Below are positions 30,462 to 39,769 of a stretch of 64,000 nucleotides of DNA, piece by piece. Source of the DNA: a virus (lineage: Duplodnaviria > Heunggongvirae > Uroviricota > Caudoviricetes). The stretch is from the IMG/VR virus record IMGVR_UViG_3300023707_000001; one strand, written 5' to 3'. Below the pieces are notes generated by a model, which saw only the letters and a list, made by a program, of their open reading frames with translations, was not told the origin of the DNA and did no database searches. Position 1 is the first letter of the stretch. Each line of letters begins with the position of its first letter. Position numbers and translations under genes: made by a program.

Positions 30462-33400
30462 ATGGCAAATAACATTTATTCTAACCGGACGACATCCCGG
30501 ATTGCAAATAGAGACAGACAAAATCGTGCAGCGGAAGACCGCCTAATCGCAAAAAGTGTGATGGACTACCATCAGGCGGTAAGGGAATATGACGAAGATG
30601 TTCGCAAGGCGAAAAAGGCCGGCGAGAAAGCACCGAGCACAAAACCTGGATTGATCATGCCATCCATGGAAGAAATAGGCGTGGAAATGGCAAACAATCA
30701 GGCACTTATCTCGTCTATGGCAAAAATTGCAGAACATGACTGGGCCGGCACAAACGCAGTTATGAGCGTGCTCCCCAAAAGGTATAATGATATAGCAGAG
30801 GTCGGTGTAGAGGCGCAGCACATATATGAGCAGAAGGTATTGCCTGTCGTTGGCGAACTTTTGCGTAGTGTGCAAGCGCCAACTAAGCTGAAAACAATCC
30901 AGACAGGTGATGAGCTTTTAAAGAAAACCATCATTCAGGATGCCCAGCTTAACTATGCCTTTAACCAAAACGCCCTTGTCAAAGCGAATATGCAAAAACA
31001 GAAAGCCGTTGTTGAGCATATTCAAAAGACAGGTAAATTTATCGAATACGACCTTGAAGGTATTGGCAACAATATCACAGAATTCTCCTTTATTGAATTT
31101 GACGTAAACGCTAAAAATGGGAATCCTGTAAAAGGATACATGACCGGCCTTACAGGTGTTGACGATAAAACAGCAAAAGAACTGCAGGGCTTAATTGATA
31201 CATACAATAAGTTCGGGTTTAAGCATGGCAGCCAGGCAAATGGTGTAGATGAGGCCAACCGATATAAACTCGAGGCTATTGCAAAGCGCGGACATAAAAA
31301 GACCGTCGTTGAAAAACAGGATGGAATCAATATCCTGAAAAGCTATGCGGTCGATGATGATGTCAAGATTATTGACCCGGAAGATCTTAAACGCGGTCTT
31401 GCAGGACTTGTTGAAGACTACAATGTAATTCATAAGGCAAAGCAGAAAGTCTATAAGTTTGGTAACAGGGAGTACAAACTTTATAAAGACGACTACATGA
31501 TGCTGAAAATGCTTTATGATGCCAAGGTAAACAATATTGCCCTGACTGGCTTGAACGTCTTTGGGTACGATAACGCCCAGATTAATCGTCGTTTCAACTT
31601 AGCAACTGGCGACGCTTATTTGCTGTGGAAACAAATAACCGGAACCGGTGATATGAACGACAGCCACCTCATCTTCGACAAGACGGCTGTTCACCGCGAA
31701 GGCAATGACCCTGACACAATTCTTGCCAATGAAAACCGTGCTCTGGAAACGATTGCTGCAAATCCTGGCAACACCCTTAATACCTCACTTGGCCAGCAGG
31801 CAAGATATGGTAACATTAAAGACCCGGCAACTGGTAAACTGATAACAGGCCCGGAACGTTACCAACAAATGATGCACGAGCTGTTTAACGGCATAACGTA
31901 TGCTCAGCATGCGGCTTTTTCTGATACGGCTATTCAGGGCTTTACAACTATTGATATGCTCAAGCATTGGTCGTTCAGTCCGACGTTCGAGGATAAGGCT
32001 GGCAACGTAGTACCCAACCCGGATTATATTTTCTCACCGGAAAATATCGAGCCAGGAAGAATGGCCAAGGCTGGCGACATCTTCTATGTGCAAAAAGGCG
32101 TAATGAAAAACACCGCAACCGGCGGTATGAGTTTCGTCGTGGACGGAATGACCGGTGATATTCGTTTTGACGGCATACGTTTCGATAACAAGGGGAAACT
32201 GCAAACAAATAGAAACCTTGTTACGCCGGCACTTAAGAGCAATACATATGCCATGCTTGCTGGTGCAAAAGAGATTTCCATTGATAGCGCTATCGGCAGA
32301 GAATATGCAAAGCTAAAGGATACGGCCGGTACAGATAAGCTCATTGCCCTGATGTTTTATCAGTATGGCAAAGCATATCAAGGAGACGCTGACGGAAAAC
32401 TCAAAGACCTGAATGTATGGGTCGGCACACGTGCGGAAGCAGAAGAATTCTTAGGCAATAACCCATATGTTGGTTCCGTAGTTCCACAGAGCACACCCAA
32501 AACTCTGGGAGATTGGAGAAAAATATCCACTCAGAACCAATATACTGACACAACGGAAGTTTCCGATGTTGTAAAAAACAAGTTCGGTAAAGAACTTGAA
32601 GAAGGCGGTCTCGCAAGCTTTAATAAAGCAGTGGCTTCGTCCAATGCTACAAAGCAGGCAGACTCAGCAAGTAACTGGCTCCGTAATCTGGACTATGATA
32701 AGGCAATAGCGTCACTAGAATACCTGTCGCAGCTTAACTACGAGGTAAATGGGCGCAATATAACGGGCGGAATTTCTGAATATGCCGTAAACTATCTCGG
32801 AAAGGCACTGACCAGCAAAAAAGCGTTAACGGATACCTTTAAGATGTTTAAGCCTAATAAGGCTAATGAGGTATTAACGCAAACAATAGCAAATGCAACG
32901 TATTCAGCTGGATATCTGTACTCGGTCCAAGATATTCTGAAAAAGTCAACCGAGCTTGCATTGCAGCTTGCAGGTAGTGGCGACGAAAAGAAAAATGTCC
33001 GAAATTATTACTTCAGGCAGATTTACGAAAACGCACTCTCTGTACTTGCTGAAGAAGTTGGCAAAATAAACGGCGTTAACTATACACCTGCACAGGCTTA
33101 CGGACAGTTAATGAAGGGCGAGATGCGGACAGGAAAGCAAGCTCGCTCCGCACTTTTGGATATTTCCAGCATTATGCCAGCAAAAGCCAGAGCAGTGGCT
33201 GGACTTAACACGCCTACCGGCACGTTCTTTGAGATTGACCCACATGAGACGGAGCCACACTGGGTAAGCCGTCTTGATAAAATGCTGCAGACGGACAATC
33301 GCGCAACCGCTGTCCGTAAACTCGGTGGGCTGATTGCAAAGCAGTATGGAGAAGTAGGCGGGGAAGTAAGAGAACTGCCAAAGAGACTTGCTGGGATGGT

Positions 33401-36400
33401 TACTGAACCATCTGCAATGATGCTCGAAATCAATAAAACGTTGCAGCTGATTCAGAAAAAAGTTCCCGGACTTCTCAGACAACCGGAAACAAAGTACATC
33501 GATACGATAAATGGCCCCGCCCCCATTGTGGAAGCTAAAAAGCTTCTCACCAAGAAAAAACGGGAAGCCATTGAAAAAAAGATGTACGATATCAGTGGTA
33601 TCGCAAATGGGGCAAATGGTAACGCCTCACTTGAAAACCTGGTTGACCAGATAACCGAGTCGCTTTTTGCCCAGACAAGCCGTTTTGATTTGGTCGGCAA
33701 TAAAGTAAGCGACGATGCGTTAAGCGAACTGATATCGCATGGATATTCTTCCTGGGAAGCGGAAGAAATTATCCGTGACCGTGATAAGCGTAAAGGCGCA
33801 ACGAAACGATACGTCCGCAACGCCCTGACACCAATCCTTAGTGGCGGCGGTCAGGTTGCCTACCGGTTCAATCCTGACACCATGCACCTTGAGCTTGTCG
33901 ACACGGCAACGAGCACTCCGTTCGACATGTCCAATATGCTGCCGAAAGAAAGGTACGACAGCAAAACAGGACGCTTTTATACGCAGTTTGGTCAGGCACA
34001 AATCGCAACGATAAAAACCCTGGGGCGCAGCGTTGACAAAAATGGCGAAACGGGCTTTAGAATGCTTTCGCAGATTGATGTGGCAGCAAATCACCTGTTC
34101 CGTTTTGCGCAGTATGCTACAAACTCTGGCCGTACCGGCAGTGAAAATATTGGTACGCTGCAGTGGGTAATGAAGAAGGCTATTGACCTTGTTCGCCCGG
34201 ATGGCGTAACGAGGTTCGACCACCAAGACCAGCGTTTCGGGTTAATGCTCGACTTCATGCCGCTCGTAAAAGAGTTTGGGTATTTCCAGTCGCTGGGTGC
34301 ATTCAATCAGTTGAACCTTAGTCAGAAGACAAAAGATGTTCTGCTGAACATGGCCGGCCGTCTTGAATACGAAAACCAAAACGCCAAGTTTGGTGCGGTT
34401 AAGGCACTTAAAGATGTAAAACCGGATGAGCTTGAAGCCATCTATAAGGATTTTGATGTTATCTTTGGCGCACTTGCCGAAGACACAGATTTTTCCAAGG
34501 CAGTCTTTGGTGCAATAGACGGCAGCGATAAAAAATATATTCAGTCAAGGCTTGCTCACTTAAACATTGCGGATATTAAGAACCCTGCAAAAGCACTGGC
34601 TTCCTTTACCACAACCGGCCTTGGAGCAACGACATTTGCAGGAAAAGATAATCGTTCTGTCGGCATTGCTGCAGCCAGAGCTCACTCCATGGATTTGGAT
34701 AGCTTCTATGAAGAAGATGATGAGTACAGAAAACTGGTTCGTGGCGGAAAAGCGCTCCTTACGGAAATGGAAGCGGCCAACATTGACAGAAACGGTTTGT
34801 ATGGCGCAGTCCGTACCCATGGCGTAAATATCGATACATCTGTATATGAAGCCGCAATAAACGCAAATCTGGACAAGCTTGCGGATTTGGAAGATGGTTC
34901 GGCCATAATCCGATTCCTTAACGAAAACGGCTCTATCGCCAATCCGCGATTGCAGCATTTGTTCCCTAAAAATATAAACCAGAAACACCAGACGGTTGGG
35001 CTTATTGATGTTGATGAGCTTCACGGCGTAGCGGTACGAAGCGCAATCGAAGCGGAAGAAAAAATCCGTCGCTCTACCGAAGAAGTTATTGAGATTGCCA
35101 AAAACGGCGGCAAGATTAACTTCAGCTACACAAATGAGGCCGACAAGCAAAAAGGCTGGGCGTATGTCCAGAGGGACGATATTATCGCCTGGGATAAAAG
35201 CTACGTTGGTGAGCCATCCAAGGTACGGGCAGACCGTGAAGGATTCCTGTATAAACGTTACTTTAGAGACGGCCGCGAAATCGACGAGGCTGAAATCAAT
35301 GAAGTATTAAACCGGCATGCTGGTGAGTTTGCAGAATATGGCCGCGACGTTACGTCCAGAAATAATGCAGAAATCAGGCAGAAGGCAGCAGGTATTCTTG
35401 CAAACGAAGGGTATAGCCTCCGCTATATTGTTAAATCAGGCAACCTGCTCAATTATCAGAAAGTAATTGATAACGGAGAAAAATCAGTAGCCGACTTCCT
35501 GACTATGCGCCTTGGCGGGTACGATAAAGAAATCGGTGCGCTTCTTAAGCCTGCGGATGATATAGGGACTCCCAGAACGCTTCGGCCAACAATGGAAGCA
35601 CTGAAGGACATTGACCACTTCAATAGCTTCCTTGTTGCAAATGGTTACCAGGGGATAACTCAGGCCTCACTCGATGCAATAGAATCGGTTAAGGGTGACT
35701 GGAATAAGTTCAGGAAAAAGGTATTCGATGAACAATCTGTATACTTCGACCGTGTAGCGGAAATCCTTCACTCGTCAGGTTTTATTAGCGATAGCGTCTA
35801 TAAGAACGGCGCCCTTGGTATAATCAGCACCGCTATGCAGGAGCAGATGAAAGGCTCCCACCGTGAAGGCGAGCGAATCGAAGCAAGGCTTGCTGATGCC
35901 ATCGAGGCAAAAGCCTGGGAAATTTTTAATACCGACGGCCGGGTTAAAAAAATTGATACCGCCTATAAGAGAGCTTCCGATGAAATCTTTACCCAGTTAA
36001 GGGATGCTGGGGTATTCAAAGATAAAGACGGAAATAACATTCTTGCAAACTTTGACCCGAAGGGCAAGAGGAAGTTCGACGGTGTCGTCCTAAGCAATGA
36101 CCTTTACAGTATCGATGTAGAAGCACTTGATGCAGTTATTAAGCCTTACGTAGAGCGCAACAAGATTACTGCGGACCAGGTTGATAAGAGCGTGCGAGCA
36201 ACTATCGCCGAAACGCTCAGAGATAGTGCGTCCATCATGATGGACAAAAAAGAAGCCGCTTATGCCGAGGGAAAATTATCGGAAAAGGCTTACGCAAAAG
36301 CCCAAAAAGATTTTGAAGATGCTAAGGAAAAGGCTGACCGTATCGCTGCCGGTGATAAAAACGAAGTCCTTGGTTATAACAAGACTTCCGGACTTGCTCC

Positions 36401-39400
36401 TGCAGCCGATGCAGACGAAGTTGGCTTAAACAATGGCCATAACAGCAAGGGTGTAAAAATGACTCGCCGTCTCGCGCAGAACCTCAACCAGGAGGTTATG
36501 GATGAGACGGGTCTTGACGCTATTCGGGTAGCCTATGAAAAAATGCTGCAGAATGCCTCGTCTGAAAGCGAACAGAGCGAAATCGTAGACCGGTTCAATC
36601 GTCGATATAAAGATTTTGGCATCTCTGCAAAATGGAATGCCGAAAATGGTACGCTTACTGCAGATTATGGCGAACCAGGAAAACTGCGCCGCGTCAATGC
36701 AGCCATCATCAAGAACATGGAAGAAGAGATAGTCCGTGGTCAGGGTTTTGGCGCAATCTGGGGTGAAGGCCTTAATGAAAGCGGTGTTCGTGGTGTTATT
36801 ATCGATGGCCATATCCACGAAGATGATTTACGTGAATTGAAAGAGCGCGGTATCAGTGAAGAATCTATCGGCACAATGATTAAAGCCTATGAGGAAGCTC
36901 ATGGTGCTAAGATTATTGGTATGAATAACTTCCTCAGCCAGTATTCCTATCAGGCCAGCGCAGCTGCCAATGAGTTTAATGTGCAGATGGCTAAGGCTGA
37001 AACGGACGCTGAAAAGGCCGAGCTCATTGAACGCTTCACAAAACAGAACCCGGACTTCTCATTGAGGCGTATCGGCGACCTGCACACGGATAGACAATAC
37101 ATTCAAAACGACCCGTTAAATCCCACAAACCGCAACATGATTATCGATTTGGGTGAAAACACAAAACAGCGATATGTTGCAGTTCCGTTGGAAAATCTTT
37201 CCGTAATGGATGCGTCAAGTGGCGCAGGGGTAGTTTCCAGTTCTGAAATCAGAAGTTCAATTGGTTCACTGGCTCACTATTATCACGAACGAGTTCATCG
37301 TGGAGCTACCGTAAGCGAATTCTATCAAGAGGAATTTGATAAGGGCGTCGATAAGCTGTTAAAAGCAGTTGTTAACCTTTCTGTTCACAAAGAAGGTGCG
37401 GCAGCCCAGGTAACCAGTGATTATATCACAGGGTCTGGTACGTTTAAGGCGGATATTATCCGTATGACGGCTGACAATACCTTTGAGACAATAACCCGTA
37501 ATGCGGCCGGGGAAATCACGTATGGCGGCAAGAAACAAGAATTCAGCTTGATGAATACCGCAACGGTTGATGGAATGAGCCTTGCCGAACATGCAAGACT
37601 TGGCCATAACATCAATGCTACATTCCTGGGTGAGGACTTCTTCCTTAATGCACTCCAGGATGACAGTATGAATAACATCTTTGCCGAACTTGGTATAAGT
37701 GACGGCAAGGCTACAGTTCATAACTATCTGGATAACATCAATAATGGCGGCGGTCTTGGTCTCCAGATGCGTCAGCCTGCAGAGTACAACACCTCTGTTG
37801 GCGGTTCCTACTTATTCCTCGATAGAACCTTATCCCGCAACCAGGCGCGTGTCACTCAGGCAACGCTTGCTGGCCAGAACGGCGATAAGGACGGCGACTT
37901 GGTATATGCGCTCCTTGCCCGTGCAGATGCCGAGATTCGGATAACAGGAATCAACGAGGAAGGTGAAGAGGTTGTACTGAAATCTTTCAATGCCCGTATC
38001 AACAATCTCCAGAAGGGGCTTATTGAGAAAAACATTGATGCAGTAAAAGCAGGAATTTCAAATATCGATAAATACTCTGATGTTCAGCTTAGTGTAAACT
38101 TTGCTGACGGTGACCCGTTTGAAGCTTATGCTCGTTCAGCTGAAACAATCGGAACATCGTCCCTCACCGGTATCAATCGTGACGTGCTCGCGCTGAACGA
38201 TTTGGATGAGGCCATTAGAGTTCGCAATGAAACTGCGGAAATAATGGTCGGCGGCGTGGTACGGAATTCCAGTAAACTTACCATCAGCGAACGCAATAAG
38301 CTCAATGAAGCATTTGAGCAGGAGATTCAGGGCAGTGAAGAATTCCAGAAAGCTATTGAACAGTATAATAGCAAATATGACAAAGATGTAACCCTTGAAA
38401 CTTTGTCGGCAGACGACCTGGCTACAAGATTAGACAAGAATAAAAAAACCAAAGAATTTGAAAAAATTGAAGGTATCGCAGACATATACTTGGAAAACAA
38501 GTACGGCGGTAAAACTGATTCGGAAGCTTATGGCCGGGAAGCAGAAATTCTTGCCAATCATGTAAATAAGCTGAATATCGACGATGAAATTGCGGCCCAT
38601 ATGGGCAGGGAGCGGGCAGGTATCTTCAACATGAATACCTATCGTACTACTCAGGTTGCTCATATTATCCGAGACCATGGACTTGATAATGGGCTTACAG
38701 ATGAAGACCTCAATATCATCAACCAGTTCATGGTTCACGTAAAAGAAGCTGGCCAGGCTCCAAAGAACGCAACGGCGAATGCTTCTACTCTGGAAGGACT
38801 CGATACGGCCCTGAAAGACTTCTGGGGTATTGGTACTGGCAGAAACGGTACAGTATATCAGAAGCAGGCCGACGCAACAAAACTTAACGAACTGATTGAC
38901 GAGGTTTATGCGGGCGGCATTAAGGAGTTTAAAAAGCTTCCTGACCGCATGAAGGACCCGGAAACGGGTACGGTAAGCGCTGAGCGCATCAAAGAAGCGT
39001 TCAGTCACCTACTTCCGGAAGGCAGTGCCCTGAGCGGTGAGCTTTACAAGGCCCTCCGCGTTGGTTATGCCATGGATATGTCCTACACTAACGTCGGCAC
39101 GCCCGATGAAGGGGATATGCTCTACAGGGCAAACCAGATAAAGGATAAGTGGGTTGAGTCAATCGGTTTTGATGATGCAAAAACCCGCCAGCTGGATATA
39201 TTAACCAACCCTGTCGGTTCCAGTTTCACCGATACGCCATATACACCCGATGAATTTATCGGCGACCTGCCGGAAGGGGAGGTTCCGATTGGCGACCAGG
39301 TTCGAGGGCTTATGAGCTCCATAAAGAAAAACTTTAAGGGGCATGGAGCAATCGCAGCACTTGGTTTAGCAGGTGTTACTATGGCCATGGGTATGGCGGG

Positions 39401-39707
39401 CGGAGCACCGACCGCTCCTCCTGCAACACAGGGACAGGCTAAGGGAATTCAGCAGGAAAATGCGGTTTACGAAATCCCAAGTACAATGAGTATGCAGGGC
39501 GTACAAAGTGGGGCAAACCAGTCTTATATCATCAATGTAAATGCTTCTACGGACAAAGGCCGGGACTTTGCAACAAACGTAATCAACCAGGCGTTTGCCA
39601 ATATGCCGCAATCGGCAGGAGGCAACACAATGACTATGAATATTAAAGACTCGTCTAGTAATATCGGCTACAGTGATATTGCTTCGTATGTCTCAAACAT
39701 GCTTTAA
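30462..39707 (+). CDS. Giant virion protein: putative single-chain (beta+beta'-like) RNA polymerase with N-terminal DEDDh exonuclease-like domain
   Basis: MRQP(R2437)...NGDKDGD(D2475); beta-like FLNENGSI, YFRDGREID, QKVIDNGEK; Exo motifs YDLE, GLNVFGYD, HAAFSD; hydrophobic C-terminal helix. Confidence 0.65.
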   Translation: MANNIYSNRTTSRIANRDRQNRAAEDRLIAKSVMDYHQAVREYDEDVRKAKKAGEKAPSTKPGLIMPSMEEIGVEMANNQALISSMAKIAEHDWAGTNAVMSVLPKRYNDIAEVGVEAQHIYEQKVLPVVGELLRSVQAPTKLKTIQTGDELLKKTIIQDAQLNYAFNQNALVKANMQKQKAVVEHIQKTGKFIEYDLEGIGNNITEFSFIEFDVNAKNGNPVKGYMTGLTGVDDKTAKELQGLIDTYNKFGFKHGSQANGVDEANRYKLEAIAKRGHKKTVVEKQDGINILKSYAVDDDVKIIDPEDLKRGLAGLVEDYNVIHKAKQKVYKFGNREYKLYKDDYMMLKMLYDAKVNNIALTGLNVFGYDNAQINRRFNLATGDAYLLWKQITGTGDMNDSHLIFDKTAVHREGNDPDTILANENRALETIAANPGNTLNTSLGQQARYGNIKDPATGKLITGPERYQQMMHELFNGITYAQHAAFSDTAIQGFTTIDMLKHWSFSPTFEDKAGNVVPNPDYIFSPENIEPGRMAKAGDIFYVQKGVMKNTATGGMSFVVDGMTGDIRFDGIRFDNKGKLQTNRNLVTPALKSNTYAMLAGAKEISIDSAIGREYAKLKDTAGTDKLIALMFYQYGKAYQGDADGKLKDLNVWVGTRAEAEEFLGNNPYVGSVVPQSTPKTLGDWRKISTQNQYTDTTEVSDVVKNKFGKELEEGGLASFNKAVASSNATKQADSASNWLRNLDYDKAIASLEYLSQLNYEVNGRNITGGISEYAVNYLGKALTSKKALTDTFKMFKPNKANEVLTQTIANATYSAGYLYSVQDILKKSTELALQLAGSGDEKKNVRNYYFRQIYENALSVLAEEVGKINGVNYTPAQAYGQLMKGEMRTGKQARSALLDISSIMPAKARAVAGLNTPTGTFFEIDPHETEPHWVSRLDKMLQTDNRATAVRKLGGLIAKQYGEVGGEVRELPKRLAGMVTEPSAMMLEINKTLQLIQKKVPGLLRQPETKYIDTINGPAPIVEAKKLLTKKKREAIEKKMYDISGIANGANGNASLENLVDQITESLFAQTSRFDLVGNKVSDDALSELISHGYSSWEAEEIIRDRDKRKGATKRYVRNALTPILSGGGQVAYRFNPDTMHLELVDTATSTPFDMSNMLPKERYDSKTGRFYTQFGQAQIATIKTLGRSVDKNGETGFRMLSQIDVAANHLFRFAQYATNSGRTGSENIGTLQWVMKKAIDLVRPDGVTRFDHQDQRFGLMLDFMPLVKEFGYFQSLGAFNQLNLSQKTKDVLLNMAGRLEYENQNAKFGAVKALKDVKPDELEAIYKDFDVIFGALAEDTDFSKAVFGAIDGSDKKYIQSRLAHLNIADIKNPAKALASFTTTGLGATTFAGKDNRSVGIAAARAHSMDLDSFYEEDDEYRKLVRGGKALLTEMEAANIDRNGLYGAVRTHGVNIDTSVYEAAINANLDKLADLEDGSAIIRFLNENGSIANPRLQHLFPKNINQKHQTVGLIDVDELHGVAVRSAIEAEEKIRRSTEEVIEIAKNGGKINFSYTNEADKQKGWAYVQRDDIIAWDKSYVGEPSKVRADREGFLYKRYFRDGREIDEAEINEVLNRHAGEFAEYGRDVTSRNNAEIRQKAAGILANEGYSLRYIVKSGNLLNYQKVIDNGEKSVADFLTMRLGGYDKEIGALLKPADDIGTPRTLRPTMEALKDIDHFNSFLVANGYQGITQASLDAIESVKGDWNKFRKKVFDEQSVYFDRVAEILHSSGFISDSVYKNGALGIISTAMQEQMKGSHREGERIEARLADAIEAKAWEIFNTDGRVKKIDTAYKRASDEIFTQLRDAGVFKDKDGNNILANFDPKGKRKFDGVVLSNDLYSIDVEALDAVIKPYVERNKITADQVDKSVRATIAETLRDSASIMMDKKEAAYAEGKLSEKAYAKAQKDFEDAKEKADRIAAGDKNEVLGYNKTSGLAPAADADEVGLNNGHNSKGVKMTRRLAQNLNQEVMDETGLDAIRVAYEKMLQNASSESEQSEIVDRFNRRYKDFGISAKWNAENGTLTADYGEPGKLRRVNAAIIKNMEEEIVRGQGFGAIWGEGLNESGVRGVIIDGHIHEDDLRELKERGISEESIGTMIKAYEEAHGAKIIGMNNFLSQYSYQASAAANEFNVQMAKAETDAEKAELIERFTKQNPDFSLRRIGDLHTDRQYIQNDPLNPTNRNMIIDLGENTKQRYVAVPLENLSVMDASSGAGVVSSSEIRSSIGSLAHYYHERVHRGATVSEFYQEEFDKGVDKLLKAVVNLSVHKEGAAAQVTSDYITGSGTFKADIIRMTADNTFETITRNAAGEITYGGKKQEFSLMNTATVDGMSLAEHARLGHNINATFLGEDFFLNALQDDSMNNIFAELGISDGKATVHNYLDNINNGGGLGLQMRQPAEYNTSVGGSYLFLDRTLSRNQARVTQATLAGQNGDKDGDLVYALLARADAEIRITGINEEGEEVVLKSFNARINNLQKGLIEKNIDAVKAGISNIDKYSDVQLSVNFADGDPFEAYARSAETIGTSSLTGINRDVLALNDLDEAIRVRNETAEIMVGGVVRNSSKLTISERNKLNEAFEQEIQGSEEFQKAIEQYNSKYDKDVTLETLSADDLATRLDKNKKTKEFEKIEGIADIYLENKYGGKTDSEAYGREAEILANHVNKLNIDDEIAAHMGRERAGIFNMNTYRTTQVAHIIRDHGLDNGLTDEDLNIINQFMVHVKEAGQAPKNATANASTLEGLDTALKDFWGIGTGRNGTVYQKQADATKLNELIDEVYAGGIKEFKKLPDRMKDPETGTVSAERIKEAFSHLLPEGSALSGELYKALRVGYAMDMSYTNVGTPDEGDMLYRANQIKDKWVESIGFDDAKTRQLDILTNPVGSSFTDTPYTPDEFIGDLPEGEVPIGDQVRGLMSSIKKNFKGHGAIAALGLAGVTMAMGMAGGAPTAPPATQGQAKGIQQENAVYEIPSTMSMQGVQSGANQSYIINVNASTDKGRDFATNVINQAFANMPQSAGGNTMTMNIKDSSSNIGYSDIASYVSNML

Positions 39708-39714
39708 GATACAA

Positions 39715-39748
39715 GCGGACCAAAGCAATGACTTTGGTCCGTTTTTTT
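39715..39748 (+). terminator. Intrinsic terminator
   Basis: gcggaccaaag-caatga-ctttggtccgt-tttttt. Confidence 0.8.
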
Positions 39749-39769
39749 ATATAAGTCGGAGGAAAGTAA

